From positions 9,204 to 73,203 of the forward strand of contig CAWCAH010000011.1 of assembly GCA_963793605.1 (NCBI GenBank): a stretch of 64,000 nt of DNA, in the 5' to 3' direction. The notes under the pieces are model-generated. The model was not told the origin of the DNA. It ran no database searches and saw nothing but the letters and a program-made list of their open reading frames with translations. Shown one piece after another: positions 47,226 to 57,484 of the stretch. The stretch is from an uncultured Thermoleophilia bacterium. GTDB taxonomy: Bacteria; Actinomycetota; Thermoleophilia; UBA2241. The translations under genes and the position numbers were made by a program. Positions within the stretch are counted from its first letter, which is position 1; each line of letters opens with the position of its first letter.

Positions 47226-47255
47226 GCCACCGAAGGTGCCACCGAAGGTGCCACC
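47226..47255. repeat. 12-bp tandem repeat GCCACCGAAGGT, 2.5 copies, upstream of MBOAT paralog 1
   Basis: Seen directly: GCCACCGAAGGT GCCACCGAAGGT GCCACC. Confidence 0.5.
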
Positions 47256-47331
47256 CCGCGGCGCGCATACCACCCGGGACCGCCGAAGCGACGCAGCACA
47301 GGTCCGGGCGGAGGACGTCGCGCGGCGGGCG

Positions 47332-48557
47332 TCACGCGGTGGGCGTCACGCGGCGGACGTCAGGGCGCCGGCGTCGCCGACTTGGACGGCTTGGGCGAGG
47401 GGGCCGGGGACCGGGCCTCTCGCCCTTCTTGGGGAACCACTCCTTCTTGATCGCGTCCAGCACCGCAGTGGCGATGATCTGGCCGCCGGCGTACGTGAGG
47501 TGCTCGCCGTCCTGCTCGCGCGCCTGCACCGTCTTGCCGTCCACGCCGGGCAGGTACTGCGAGTAGGCGCCGTTCTTGGAGAGCAGCGCGTACGCGTCGA
47601 TGTACTCGACGCCGAACGTCTTCTCGGCCACGCTGCTGTAGATGTCGTTCATCAGCCTGACCTGGTTGTTGAACGACGTCTCGGGCATCACCGGCTGGCC
47701 GATCCAGTACACGCGCCGCACGCCGCCCTGGAACAGCAGGCCGATCACGTCCTCCACGCGCTTGCGGTACTCCTTCTTCCAGCCGTCGCTGCCGAACTGG
47801 TGGATCTTGCCGCGACGCGGTCTGCACGCGCCTGGTTGTCGTTGGCGCCGAACATCACGGCGGCGGCGCCCGGGTCGAAGCCCTTGACCTGCTGCTGTAT
47901 CTGCGCCGGCCAGTTGAAGAAGTCCGGCCGGCAGAGGCCCGTCGAGATGTGGTAGTCGAGCTTGGGCTTGATCAGCTTGGTCTTGTTGGAGAGGTTGGTG
48001 AGCGCCATGCCCGGCAGGCCCATCATGGAGTCGCCGGCGATGTAGAGGTGCATCGGGTGGCCCTTGTAGGGCTTGGGCAGCGGCTTCTCCTGCAGCGTCT
48101 TCTGGGGCTTGTCGCCGTTCTTGCCCGGCTCGTCGTCGCCGCCCTTGGTCGGCGTGGGGGTCGGCACGACCACGACGACCTGGGGCGGCCCGGCCGGACC
48201 CGGGTCCGGCTTGCCGAGCACGTCCGCGGTGAGCTTCGCCGGCCGGTCGAGGAAGAACCAGTGACTGACACTGGCCAGCGGGTCGACGAGGGCGAGCCGG
48301 AAGCTGCGCTCGCCCCCGAACGGCATCTCCTGCGCCGTCTTCTGCATCGCCGGCGCGTTGAAGAGCGCGCCGAGCAGAAGCGCCACGAGCATGGCGACGA
48401 GCGCGCTGGCCGCGGTGCGGCGGCGGCGACCGTAGGGCAACTGCTCGTCCTGCCCGCCGTCCTGGGACCGCGGGCCGTCCCGGGGGTCGTCGTGCGGCGG
48501 GCGGCCGCCCTGTGCCGGGCGGCCGGGCTCGTTTCCGCGGGTCCGTCGATCCGTCAT
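47332..48557 (-). CDS. SGNH/GDSL-hydrolase-fold protein (DUF459-like), paralog 2; one frame disruption at about 47830
   Basis: 'MTDRRTRGNEPGRP..', TM 'AASALVAMLVALLLGALF', a Pro/Thr-rich linker, '..MHLYIAGDSMMGLPGMALTNLSNKTKLIKPKLDYHISTGLCRPDFFNWPAQIQQQVKGFDPGAAAVMFGANDNQ', '..VRRVYWIGQPVMPETSFNNQVRLMNDIYSSVAEKTFGVEYIDAYALLSKNGAYSQYLPGVDGKTVQAREQDGEHLTYAGGQIIATAVLDAIKKEWFP'. Its ATG overlaps the MBOAT-2 stop (TGATG). Confidence 0.65.
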
Positions 48558-50177
48558 CAGAACTTGAAGTAGAGGAAGGCGGCCGGGCCAACCGGGCCGA
48601 GGATGTCGAGCAGCATGAAGCCCACGGCGAGGGCAAGGCCCTGCAGGGCCGGGTTGAACCTCGAGAACCCGGCCTCACCGCGCTGCCAGACCGACCGGGG
48701 CACGTACTGCACGCCGATGCCGACTGCGATGGCCAGGAACACGCCGGGCGTGACGGCCGCGCCGATGGAGCCCCAGCTCTCGAAGAGACGGCTGATGACG
48801 TCGACCGCGGAGCCGAAGCTGTCGGAGCGGAAGAAGATCCAGGCGAAGGTGACGAAGGCGAAGGTGCCGATGCGCGGCCACACGGCGCCGTGCCACGGGC
48901 GGCGGTCGTACTCGAGAGGAGGCGCGGCGGGGCGTGCAGGGGCCGCGCCGGAGAAAGCCGCGGCGGGGCCGGCCGGGGCCGCGCCCGGTGCGAAAGCGGC
49001 CGCGCCCGGGCCGTCGGCGGCCGCAACCTGGCCGTCCGGCAGCGGCGTCGCCTCGGCGATGCCGTCGAACGCCGCCGCCAGGTCCTGCCGCTGCCGCTGC
49101 ACCACGCGCGCGCGCTGCTTGCGCTTGTCCACGCGCGCGTGCTCGACGATCAGGGCGCCGCCGTACAGGAAGCCCCAGAAGATGAACGTCCAGCCGGCGC
49201 CGTGCCACAGGCCGCCGAGCACCATGGTGAGCATCAGGTTGACGTAGGTGCGCGCCTTGCCCTTGCGGTTGCCGCCGAGCGGGATGTACAGGTAGTCGCG
49301 CAGCCAGCGCGAGAGGGTCATGTGCCAGCGGCGCCAGAACTCCTGCACGGAAGCGGCGGTGTAGGGCGCGTCGAAGTTGTCCGGCAGCTTGAACCCCAGC
49401 AGCAGCGAGATGCCGATGGCGATGTCCGCGTAGGCGCTGAAGTCGCAGTAGATCTGCACCGAGTACCCGATGATGCCGACCAGCACCTCGAGCGACGAGT
49501 ACTGCCCCGGCGTGGTGAACACCCCGTTGACGATGTGGGTCGCCAGGTAGTCGGCGATCAGCATCTTCTTGATCAGGCCGCCGAAGATGAGGAAGAACGC
49601 CCGCGCGGTGTCCACCTGGCGCGGGTCGCGCGGGCCGTTCAGCTGCGGCAGGAACTCCGACGCGCGGGCGATGGGGCCGGCGGCGAGGTACGGGAAGAAG
49701 GCCACGTACACCGAGAAGTCGAGCAGCGACGCCGGCCGCAGCGTGCCGCGGTACACGTCGATCACGTAGCTGAGCACGCGGAACGTGAGGAACGAGATGC
49801 CGAGCGGCAGCACGATGCGCAGCAGCGGCAGGTCGGCGTTCAGGCCGAAGGCCTCGAGCGCGTTGACGGCGGAGGTGACGAAGAAGCCGTAGTACTTGAA
49901 CCAGCCGAGAACGCCGAGGTTGGCGGCGACGGCGGCGGCCAGCGCCCACTTGGCGGACGAGCTCTTGGAGCGCAGCCCCGCGATCCAGAGCGCGAAGAAC
50001 TGGTTGACCACCGCGCTCAGCACCAGCAACAGCACGAAGCGCCAGTCCCACCAGCCGAAGAAGACCAGGCTGACGACGAGCATGAACGGCTTCCACAGCG
50101 TCTGCCGGGGCATGAGCAGCCAGTTCCCGACGAAGACGAGCAGGAAGAAGACGGCGAATGTGATGGTTGGGAACAGC
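48557..50177 (-). CDS. MBOAT-family membrane-bound O-acyltransferase (AlgI/DltB/PatA-like), paralog 2, intact
   Basis: 'MLFPTITFAVFFLLVFVGNWLLMPRQTLWKPFMLVVSLVFFGWWDWRFVLLLVLSAVVNQFFALWIAG..YSVQIYCDFSAYADIAIGISLLLGFKLPDNFDAPYTAASVQEFWRRWHMTLSRWLRDYLYIPLGGNRKG..LGGLWHGAGWTFIFWGFLYGGALIVEH..'. About 60% identical to paralog 1. Confidence 0.85.
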
Positions 50178-50255
50178 ATGCGGCGAGTCCGGCTCCCCAG
50201 TCTAGGGAAAGGGACGGCCGGTCGCCAGCCGGGGTTCGGCCGCGGGCGCGGCTCG

Positions 50256-50269
50256 AGGGGTATGTGCTC
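50256..50269. promoter_or_regulatory. 14-mer AGGGGTATGTGCTC, second copy of the motif at 47189
   Basis: Exact identity with 47189-47202; about 80 nt upstream of the MBOAT paralog 2 start. Confidence 0.4.
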
Positions 50270-50279
50270 CGGAGGTCGG

Positions 50280-50339
50280 CGTCGGATGTGGCGTCGGATG
50301 TGGCGTCGGATGTGACGTCGGATGTGACGTCGGATGTGA
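50280..50339. repeat. 12-bp tandem repeat CGTCGGATGTG(G/A), 5 full copies plus flanking partial copies
   Basis: Seen directly. It translates artifactually as 'RRHIRRHIRRHI..' in the overlapping six-frame ORF. It is not CRISPR: there are no spacers and the units are directly abutting. Confidence 0.6.
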
Positions 50340-50543
50340 CGCCGACCCCCAGACGACATACCTCCTTGCGGCGCCCAGGTCTGTTGCTCAGGTGCGCTCC
50401 GCGCGGCCCGGCGCTCAGGCGTCAGGCGCGGTGCGCACGGTGCGGGCGCGGATCCCGCGCGGCGTGCCCCGCTCCATGGCGGGTGCGCCGGCCCGAGCAG
50501 TGCGGGGCGCACGCGCGACGACGGCCTCGCATATCATTGCGCC

Positions 50544-51716
50544 GTGACCGAGCCTCCCGTCTTCACCCAGAACGAGCTGCGCGAGGGCTTCGTCGAGTTC
50601 GCCTTCGGCGAGCCCGACCCGGCGCTGCTGCCGGTCGGGCTGGTGCGCGACGCGGCGGCCCGCGCGCTGGCCGCGCCGGACGCCGCCGGGGCGCTGGCCT
50701 ACGGCTCGAGCCCCGGGCCGGAGGCGCTGCGCGCGCACATCGCCGCGCGCACCACGGCGCGCGAGGGCCTGGCGCTCGCCGCCGGCGACGTGCTCGTCAG
50801 CGGCGGCAACTCCCAGGCCCTCGGCCAGGTGCTCACCGACCTCACGCGGCCCGGCGACGTGGTGTTCGTCGAGTGCCCCACCTACAACCTCGCGCTCGGC
50901 ATCATCGCCGACCACCCCGTGGACGTCGTCGGCGTGCGCGTCGACGAGCAGGGCCTGGACGTCGACGCGCTGGCGGAGGCCGTGCGCGAGGCGCAAGGCG
51001 TGGGGGCACCGCCCGCGCCTGCTGTACACCATCCCGACGTTCCACAACCCGGCGGGCGTGAGCCTCGCGCCCGCGCGCCGCGAGCAGCTGCTCGAGCTCG
51101 CGCGGCGCGAGGACCTGGTGATCGTCGAGGACGACGTCTACCGCGAGCTCGTGTACGACGGCGAGGCGCCGCCGGCGCTCCGCGCGCTCGACCCGGAGGC
51201 GCCGGTGGTGCGGCTCGGCTCCTTCGCCAAGTCGCTGGCGCCCGGGCTGCGCCTGGGGTGGATCGACGCGCCGCCGGAGCTGCGCGAGCAGCTGAGCGCC
51301 GACGGCGTGCTCGAGAGCGGCGGCTGCGTCAGCCAGTTCTCCGCGCACGTCGTGGCGGCGCTGCTCGAAGCCGGAAGCGTACGGCGTACACGTCGCCGCC
51401 CTCCGCGGCGCCTATGCCGCGCGGCGTGACGCGCTCGCCGGCGCGCTGCGCGAGCACCTGCCGGCCGGTTGCCGCTTCGCGGTCCCGGCCGGCGGCTTCT
51501 TCATCTGGGTCACGCTGCCGGAGGGCCTCACGGCGACCGCGCTGCTGCCGGTCGCCGAGCGGCACCGCGTCGGCTTCGCGCCGGGCGCGCGCTTCTGCGC
51601 CGACGGCGACGACCGCAGCCTGCGGCTCGCCTTCAGCCTCTACGGCGCGGACGACCTCGCTGAGGGCGGCCGCCGGCTGGGCGCCGCGATCGCCGAGACT
51701 CTCGGGGACCTGTGAG
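50544..51716 (+). CDS. PLP-dependent aminotransferase (class I/II); 2 frame disruptions
   Basis: '..ALAYGSSPGPEALRAHIAAR..VLVSGGNSQALGQVLTDLTRPGDVVFVECPTYNLALGIIADHPVDVVGVRVDEQGLDVDAL', '..SLAPARREQLLELARREDLVIVEDDVYRELVYDG..VVRLGSFAKSLAPGLRLGWIDAPPELREQL', '..FFIWVTLPEGLTATALLPVAERHRVGFAPGARFC..'. Confidence 0.7.
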
Positions 51717-51810
51717 CGGCTCCCGGCCAACGGGAGTGCCGGCCTGCCGGCGGCGGGCATGCCGCAGGCAGTGCGGCGCGGCACCCCGCGCCCTCGCGAG
51801 CGGAGGACGA

Positions 51811-53282
51811 TGACGAGCAACGAGACGCCCACGGGCGAAGTGCCGGACGACGCCGCTCAGGCCGATCCCGACGACGGCGCCCAGGCCGGACCGGACGCCG
51901 CGGCGCCGGCGGACGAGCCCGCCGCGGAGCCGGAGCAGACGTCCGCCAAGGCGGCTCCCGGCGCCCTCGGAGGCGTGCGACGCGCGCTCGCCTCACAGCG
52001 CGCGCCGCGCCTGCGCACCGGCATCGCCGCGTTCCTCGTCGTCGCCGCCCTGCTGGGCGTCCTGGTCAGCGCGCTGGCGCTCTGGGCGCACACGGTGGTC
52101 TTCGACACCGCCGCCTACGTGCGCGTCGTCGCCCCCGTCGCGGGGGACCCGGAGGTGCGCGCCGACGTCGCCGAGTACGTCGCCGCCAGGGCAGTACAGG
52201 CGGTCGACCTCGAGGCCCGGCTGGAGGACGCGCTGCCCGCCGAGGCCGGCCTGGCCGCCCCGGCGCTCACACGCGCCCTCCAGCAGTTCCTCGTCGACGA
52301 GGTCGAGAGCTTCCTCGCCACCGACCTCGCGCAGCGCCTGTGGGCCTCCGTCAACCGCCTTGCCCACGAGCAGCTCCTCTCGGCGCTGCAGGACGACAAC
52401 CGCTTCGTCACCGTGGGCCGCGCCGACGTGAAGCTCGACCTGCTGCCGCTGGTCGCGGTCGCCCTGCAGAAGCTGGAGGACAGGATCCCCGGCCTCCTCG
52501 GCAAGGACGTCACGCTGCCGCGCATCGACCCGGCCACGGCGCCCGGGGACATCCGTACGCTGCTCCAGGACGCCCTCGGCCGCGAGCTCCCCGCGGACTT
52601 CGGCTCCGTCACGCTGCTGCGTGGCGACGCCGGCTACGAGGCCAGGCGCGCGCTCAAGCTGTTCAACGACCTCGTGATCGTCGTGGTGGTCCTCACTGCC
52701 GCGCTGGTCGCCGCGTCCCTGCTCGTCTCGGTGCGCCGCTGGCGGACCGCCCTCTGGCTCGGCCTCGGCGCGCTCGTGGCGTTCGCGGCCGCGCGCGTCG
52801 TCGAGGTGCAGCTCGAGCGCGCGGCGGTCGGCGCGATCAAGTCGCAGGGCGGCGCCGCGGTGGCCCGCTCGGTGCTCGGCTCGGCGATCGCGAGCCTCAA
52901 CGGGTTCCTGGTCTGGATCGCCGTCGCGGGGGTCATCGTCGCGGTCGCCGCGTTCCTCGCCGGACGGCGCACCTGGCTGGACGCCATGGGCCGGGGCTTC
53001 GCCGAGCTCTTCGGGGTGTCGTCCGACCTCTCCACGCCGGACACGCGCGCGGGGCGCTGGCTCGCCGGGCACCTCGACGTGCTGCGCGTCGCGGGGGTGG
53101 GAGTCGCCGTCGTCGTCCTGCTGTTCGTCACCGGCTCCCCGGCCGGCGTGGTGATCGTGGTGCTCGCGCTGGCCGCCTACGAGCTGGCGCTCACCACGTA
53201 CGGCGCCGGCGTGCCACGCGAGCTCGACGAGCCGGCGCCGGACGAGACGGCGGACGGGGGCTCAGAGGAGTCCGCCGGCTGA
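51811..53282 (+). CDS. hypothetical membrane protein (490 aa; acidic N-terminus, TM segments near residues 70-95 and 300-450)
   Basis: Intact ORF with a coherent codon pattern; no recognisable domain. Confidence 0.5.
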
Positions 53283-53301
53283 CGCGAGAGCTCGGGCCGC
53301 G

Positions 53302-54135
53302 CTACACCCGCGAGCGGCGCGACCCGTCCTTGGGCCCGCGCCCGCGGTCGCGATGGTGGCCGTCCCGCCGCGGCAGCGAGAGGTGCGGCTTGCCGCCGAT
53401 GACGTCCCACACCGCGTGCTTGCGGCGCTCCCACAGCTGGTGGAAGCTCTCGTCCCGCCGCAGGGCCCTCTCCATCTTCGCCGCGCTCGCGGCGTACTGA
53501 CGCCGCGCCCACGGCGACCCCGGCTTGGCCAGCCGGACGGCGCCCACGAAGGCCACCGGCGGGAAGAAGATGCCCACGGTGCCTACGAACAGCTTGCCCT
53601 TGAGGTAGCAGACGACGACGAACACCGCGCCGCTCAGGATGAGCGCGGAGAGCACCCAGCGCGAGAGCGTGATGTAGTCTCCCAGCTCGCTGAACGTGCG
53701 CGGGAGCAGGCCGGTGAGGAGCAGCGTGATGAACGTGACGCCGAGGATGATGGCGTCGATGCTCTTACGGCCTTCGCCGGTCCAGTACACGTCCTCGAGG
53801 TGGAGGACCAGCGCGAACTCGTCGAGCGTGAGCGCGGCGCCGGCGCCGAAGACGAAGGCGATCATCTCCACCCACGGGCTGCCGGGCTGGACGGCGAACT
53901 CGAGGATGCCGGCGACGACCATGCCGATGATGCCGAACACGGCGTGGTGGATGTGCAGACCGCCCGGGGTGACGATGCTGCGCAGGTGAGGCGTCGAGCC
54001 GCCGCGGCGGCGCGCGAGGCGCGTGTTGAGGCGCACGAACAGGAACGTGACGATGAAGCCGCAGAGCAGCACGAACAGCGGCCGCTTGGCGTCGTCGAGC
54101 ACGTTCCCGGGGATGGCGGCGAGCAGAAGGGTCAT
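53302..54135 (-). CDS. hypothetical polytopic membrane protein
   Basis: 'MTLLLAAIPGNVLDDAKRPLFVLLCGFIVTFLFVRLNTRLARRRGGSTPHLRSIVTPGGLHIHHAVFGIIGMVVAGILEF..'; about 6 TM. Confidence 0.5.
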   Translation of the reverse strand: MTLLLAAIPGNVLDDAKRPLFVLLCGFIVTFLFVRLNTRLARRRGGSTPHLRSIVTPGGLHIHHAVFGIIGMVVAGILEFAVQPGSPWVEMIAFVFGAGAALTLDEFALVLHLEDVYWTGEGRKSIDAIILGVTFITLLLTGLLPRTFSELGDYITLSRWVLSALILSGAVFVVVCYLKGKLFVGTVGIFFPPVAFVGAVRLAKPGSPWARRQYAASAAKMERALRRDESFHQLWERRKHAVWDVIGGKPHLSLPRRDGHHRDRGRGPKDGSRRSRV

Positions 54136-54270
54136 GGCCCTTTCATTATCCTTCGCCGGGGGACCGGCCAACCATCGCGTCGGGCGGGCCCGGCGCGCAG
54201 GGGCGCCGGCGATGGGCCGCGCGCAGGGGGCGCACTGCGAGGAGCCGCGCGCCCGGGGAGCCGCGCGGCG

Positions 54271-55209
54271 TCAGAGCGCGGACGCCGAGGGACTCGCCTC
54301 CGGCGACCCGCTCGGCTCCTCCGACCCCGGCGGCAGCCAGTCGGCCTTGATGGCCTTGAGGACCTTCTCGGCCAGCAGTTCCTGGCCCTCGACGGTGAAG
54401 TGCACCTGGTCGGCCAGACGCAGGGACGGGTCGAACGACCCATCGGATGTGGTGTAGAGATCCCAGATGTCGACGTACTCCGCACCGGGTCGCTTCTCGG
54501 CCTGCTTCTGGAAGACCTTGTTGATGAGCTTCATGCGCGAGTTGCGCCAGTCCTCGCCCATGATCGGCATGCCGACCCAGTACACGCGGCGCACGCCGGC
54601 GTCGAGGAACGTGTCGATGATGTCGCCGACGCGCTTCTCGTAGGCCTTCTTCCAGGCCATGTCGCCGTACGGGATCCACTCGCCGTCGTCCTGCGAGACC
54701 GACTGGGTGTCGTTGGTGCCCATCATGATCACGGCCGCCTGCGGCTTGGCCGACTTCACGACCGTCTCGATCTGCTGCTGCCAGTTGAAGAAGTCGTAGC
54801 GGCAGATGCCGCTGGACTCCTTGTAGAAGGTGATGGGCTTGAACACCCTGGTCTCCTGCAACAGCGGGTCGAGCGAGAACCCGAGCTCGCCGCCCATGGA
54901 GTCGCCGCCGACCCAGACGCGCACGGGGTCGGTCTTGCTCGCCACCCACACCTTGGGAGGCGGCGTCGTGGGTGTGGGCTTGGGTGTGGGCGAGCCCTCG
55001 GCGGCGGCGTTGTCGCCGCCCCCGGCGCCGGCGCCGCCATCTCCGTCCCCGCCGCGCCCGCGTACGACGACCACGGCGGCGACCGCGACGGCAACGACGA
55101 GGAGCACGACGACGAGCACGAGGAGCCGGCGCCGGGCCTGCTGCTTGCGCCGGCGCCGCCGGTCGTGGTGCGAGGGGGACGAGTACGTGGTGTAGTTGCC
55201 GTTCTGCAT
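54271..55209 (-). CDS. SGNH/GDSL-hydrolase-fold protein (DUF459-like), paralog 3, intact, with no adjacent MBOAT
   Basis: 'MQNGNYTTYSS..RRRLLVLVVVLLVVAVAVAAVVVV', Gly/Asp/Pro/Thr-rich linker, '..VWVGGDSMGGELGFSLDPLLQETRVFKPITFYKESSGICRYDFFNWQQQIETVVKSAKPQAAVIMMGTNDTQ..VRRVYWVGMPIMGEDWRNSRMKLINKVFQKQAEKRPGAEYVDIWDLY..'. Confidence 0.75.
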   Translation of the reverse strand: MQNGNYTTYSSPSHHDRRRRRKQQARRRLLVLVVVLLVVAVAVAAVVVVRGRGGDGDGGAGAGGGDNAAAEGSPTPKPTPTTPPPKVWVASKTDPVRVWVGGDSMGGELGFSLDPLLQETRVFKPITFYKESSGICRYDFFNWQQQIETVVKSAKPQAAVIMMGTNDTQSVSQDDGEWIPYGDMAWKKAYEKRVGDIIDTFLDAGVRRVYWVGMPIMGEDWRNSRMKLINKVFQKQAEKRPGAEYVDIWDLYTTSDGSFDPSLRLADQVHFTVEGQELLAEKVLKAIKADWLPPGSEEPSGSPEASPSASAL

Positions 55210-55380
55210 GCGCTCAGGACCTTCCCGGCGAGTGTACAGGAAGGGCATTCGCGACGCCGCGGCGGCAACCTGCCCCGTACGAGGTAGGACGCAGCTCGGC
55301 GCGCGCCGGTTCGCCGTCTCGCTGCGCCGCCCTCCCTGCCGTTTCGGTCGCGGCGTCTCTGGGATACAGTTCCGGCAGAC

Positions 55381-56210
55381 CATGAGCGACGCGACCACCA
55401 CGACCCAGCCCCCCCAGCCGAGGCGACGCCGTCTCCTCGAGGACTCGCCGCGGTTCGCCGACAGCTTCGGCCTCGTCCTGCTGCTGCTCGTCGTCAGCTA
55501 CTTCGTCATCGCCGTGGCCGGCAACGGCGACGCGGGGCGCATCGCCTCCATGATCATCTTCGCCACCACCACCTGGCTGGCGCTGCGCGCCTCACAGGTC
55601 AAACGGCGGATCCTGCGCATCGCGCTGGCGCTCATCCCTCTGGCCACCGTGCTCGCCATCGTGTTCGTGCTCGTGGGCAACGAGGACACCGCCATCGTCG
55701 TCAACAAGCTGCTCACGATCCTGCTGGTGGTCGTCGCGCCGGTCGCGATCCTCAAGCGGCTGGTGGCGCACCCCGTGATCAGCCTCAACACGTTCTACGG
55801 TGCGGTGTGCGTGTACCTGCTCATCGCGATGTTCTTCGCCACGCTCTACGGCCTCATCGCGATCATCTCCGGCGACCAGTTCTTCGCGCAGCTCAGCGAT
55901 GTGACGGTCAAGGACACGCCGGCCGTCGACTACCTCTACTTCAGCTTCGTGACCATCACGACGACGGGCTACGGCGACTTGACGGCGGCCACGGGCGTGG
56001 CGCGCATGACCGCCGTGCTCGAGGCGATCTTCGGCCAGCTCTACCTCATCACGGTGGTCGCGCTCGTGGTCCAGAACCTGGGCCAGAAGAGCCGGCTCGG
56101 GCGCAAGATGGAGGAGGAGCTGCAGCGCACCGACCCGGAGAGTGCGGCGACGCAGGAGGCGCCGCTGACGACGCTCCGGCCGCGCCCGGCGGCGGCGCCC
56201 GACCGTCCTA
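55381..56210 (+). CDS. potassium channel (pore loop with TTTGYGD selectivity filter); 3' end uncertain
   Basis: '..LYFSFVTITTTGYGDLTAATGVARMTAVLEAIFGQLYLITVVALVVQNLG..' preceded by about 4 TM. The true stop is probably hidden by a frame disruption near 56200. Confidence 0.7.
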
Positions 56211-56224
56211 GCCCGCGAGGCGGC

Positions 56225-56890
56225 TCACTCGCCGTCGCCGGACGGCGCCCTCCCCGCCTCCGCCTCCTTCTTGGCAGCGCGAGCATCCTCCTCGAGCCGC
56301 TCGGCGGCATCCATCTGCCGCTCGCGCGCGGCCTGCCACAGGAACAGCGCCAGGCCGGCGATGACGGCGGCCGAGGCCGCGCCCAGCGAGAGGATGTCGC
56401 TCTTGCCGTCCCACGTGAGCGCCGTGCCGAGGAAGATGACGGCGATGGCCACCACGACGACGCCGGCCAGGAGCTCCTTCAGCTGGCCGAGGTCGTGGAT
56501 GCGCAGCCAGCCGGGCATCGGGATGCGATCGTCGACGAAGAGGCTGTACAGGCCGAGGGCGAGCACGTACAGCACCGTGGCGAGCAGCGCGTAGTCGGCC
56601 TGCTTGATCAGCTTGCCGATCATCTCGTTCTGCGACATCCCGTCGTAGCCGATACCCATGGCGTGCAGGATCGTGATCACGGTCGTGATCATGGTCGACA
56701 CCATGACCGCCATGAACGCGAGGAACAGGCTCACGGTGGCGATCAGGACGAAGAAGCGGCTGGACGCGACCATTCGCCCGATCATCAGCGACGGGCGCCT
56801 GGGCTCCGGCCCCTGGGGAGATCTGCCGGCCTGCGCCGGACGCTCCGTCGCCGGCTGCGGACCTGCGCTCATCGGCTCCCCCTCAGTCAT
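56225..56890 (-). CDS. YqhA-family (UPF0114) membrane protein
   Basis: '..MIGRMVASSRFFVLIATVSLFLAFMAVMVSTMITTVITILHAMGIGYDGMSQNEMIGKLIKQADYALLATVLYVLALGLYSLFVDDRIPMPGWLRIHDLGQLKELLAGVVVVAIAVIFLG'. Confidence 0.7.
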   Translation of the reverse strand: MTEGEPMSAGPQPATERPAQAGRSPQGPEPRRPSLMIGRMVASSRFFVLIATVSLFLAFMAVMVSTMITTVITILHAMGIGYDGMSQNEMIGKLIKQADYALLATVLYVLALGLYSLFVDDRIPMPGWLRIHDLGQLKELLAGVVVVAIAVIFLGTALTWDGKSDILSLGAASAAVIAGLALFLWQAARERQMDAAERLEEDARAAKKEAEAGRAPSGDGE

Positions 56891-57356
56891 CAGTACCGCA
56901 GGCGTCGGCGCGCGGCGTGCGCACGACGAGCCAGTACGCGAGCGCCATGGCCGCGACCACCGCCGCGGTCGCGTAGATGTACTGAGGACCGGTCGTGGAG
57001 TAGTCGAGGATGATCACCTTGCGGGCGATCGCCATGAGCGCCGTGGCGAGCACGATGCGCACGTGGATGACGTCGTCGCGCAGGTAACTGACGATGTTGA
57101 CGAAGATCTCGATGGCGATGAGCACGGCCATGAAGGCGCCGAACGTGGCGAGGATGTCGGTGATCTCCAGGAAGCCCTTGGGTTCGCTCATGAGGCGCTT
57201 GTACAGGACGTAGCAGACATCGGCCACGCCGAAGACGATGACTCCCGTCATGAGCACCGCGAGCGCCCGGACCGCCATGCGGATGACCCAGTGAAGACCC
57301 CTGACGAGGGGTTCGTCGTCCGCCCGGAACTCAGCCACCCGTGCACCTCCCGGCAT
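56883..57356 (-). CDS. PsiE-family (phosphate-starvation-inducible) membrane protein
   Basis: '..VIRMAVRALAVLMTGVIVFGVADVCYVLYKRLMSEPKGFLEITDILATFGAFMAVLIAIEIFVNIVSYLRDDVIHVRIVLATALMAIARKVIILDY'. Confidence 0.7.
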   Translation of the reverse strand: MPGGARVAEFRADDEPLVRGLHWVIRMAVRALAVLMTGVIVFGVADVCYVLYKRLMSEPKGFLEITDILATFGAFMAVLIAIEIFVNIVSYLRDDVIHVRIVLATALMAIARKVIILDYSTTGPQYIYATAAVVAAMALAYWLVVRTPRADACGTDD

Positions 57357-57484
57357 CGCTGCCGCCCAAGGCCCGGCATCGCCGCCGAGCGCGTCCCTGC
57401 CCGGTTTCGGCGCTGGGCGGAGCTTCCCTCTGTACCTGCCCGCCGCCGCGCTGTTCGCCTGGCTGAGAGGCTGAGTCAGATCCC

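Noticed and set aside
50280-50339. Possible CRISPR array or coding 'RRHIRRHI' peptide repeat
   Set aside because: The units are 12 bp and directly abutting, with no spacers. The peptide repeat is only the translation of a non-coding DNA tandem repeat in a spurious ORF.
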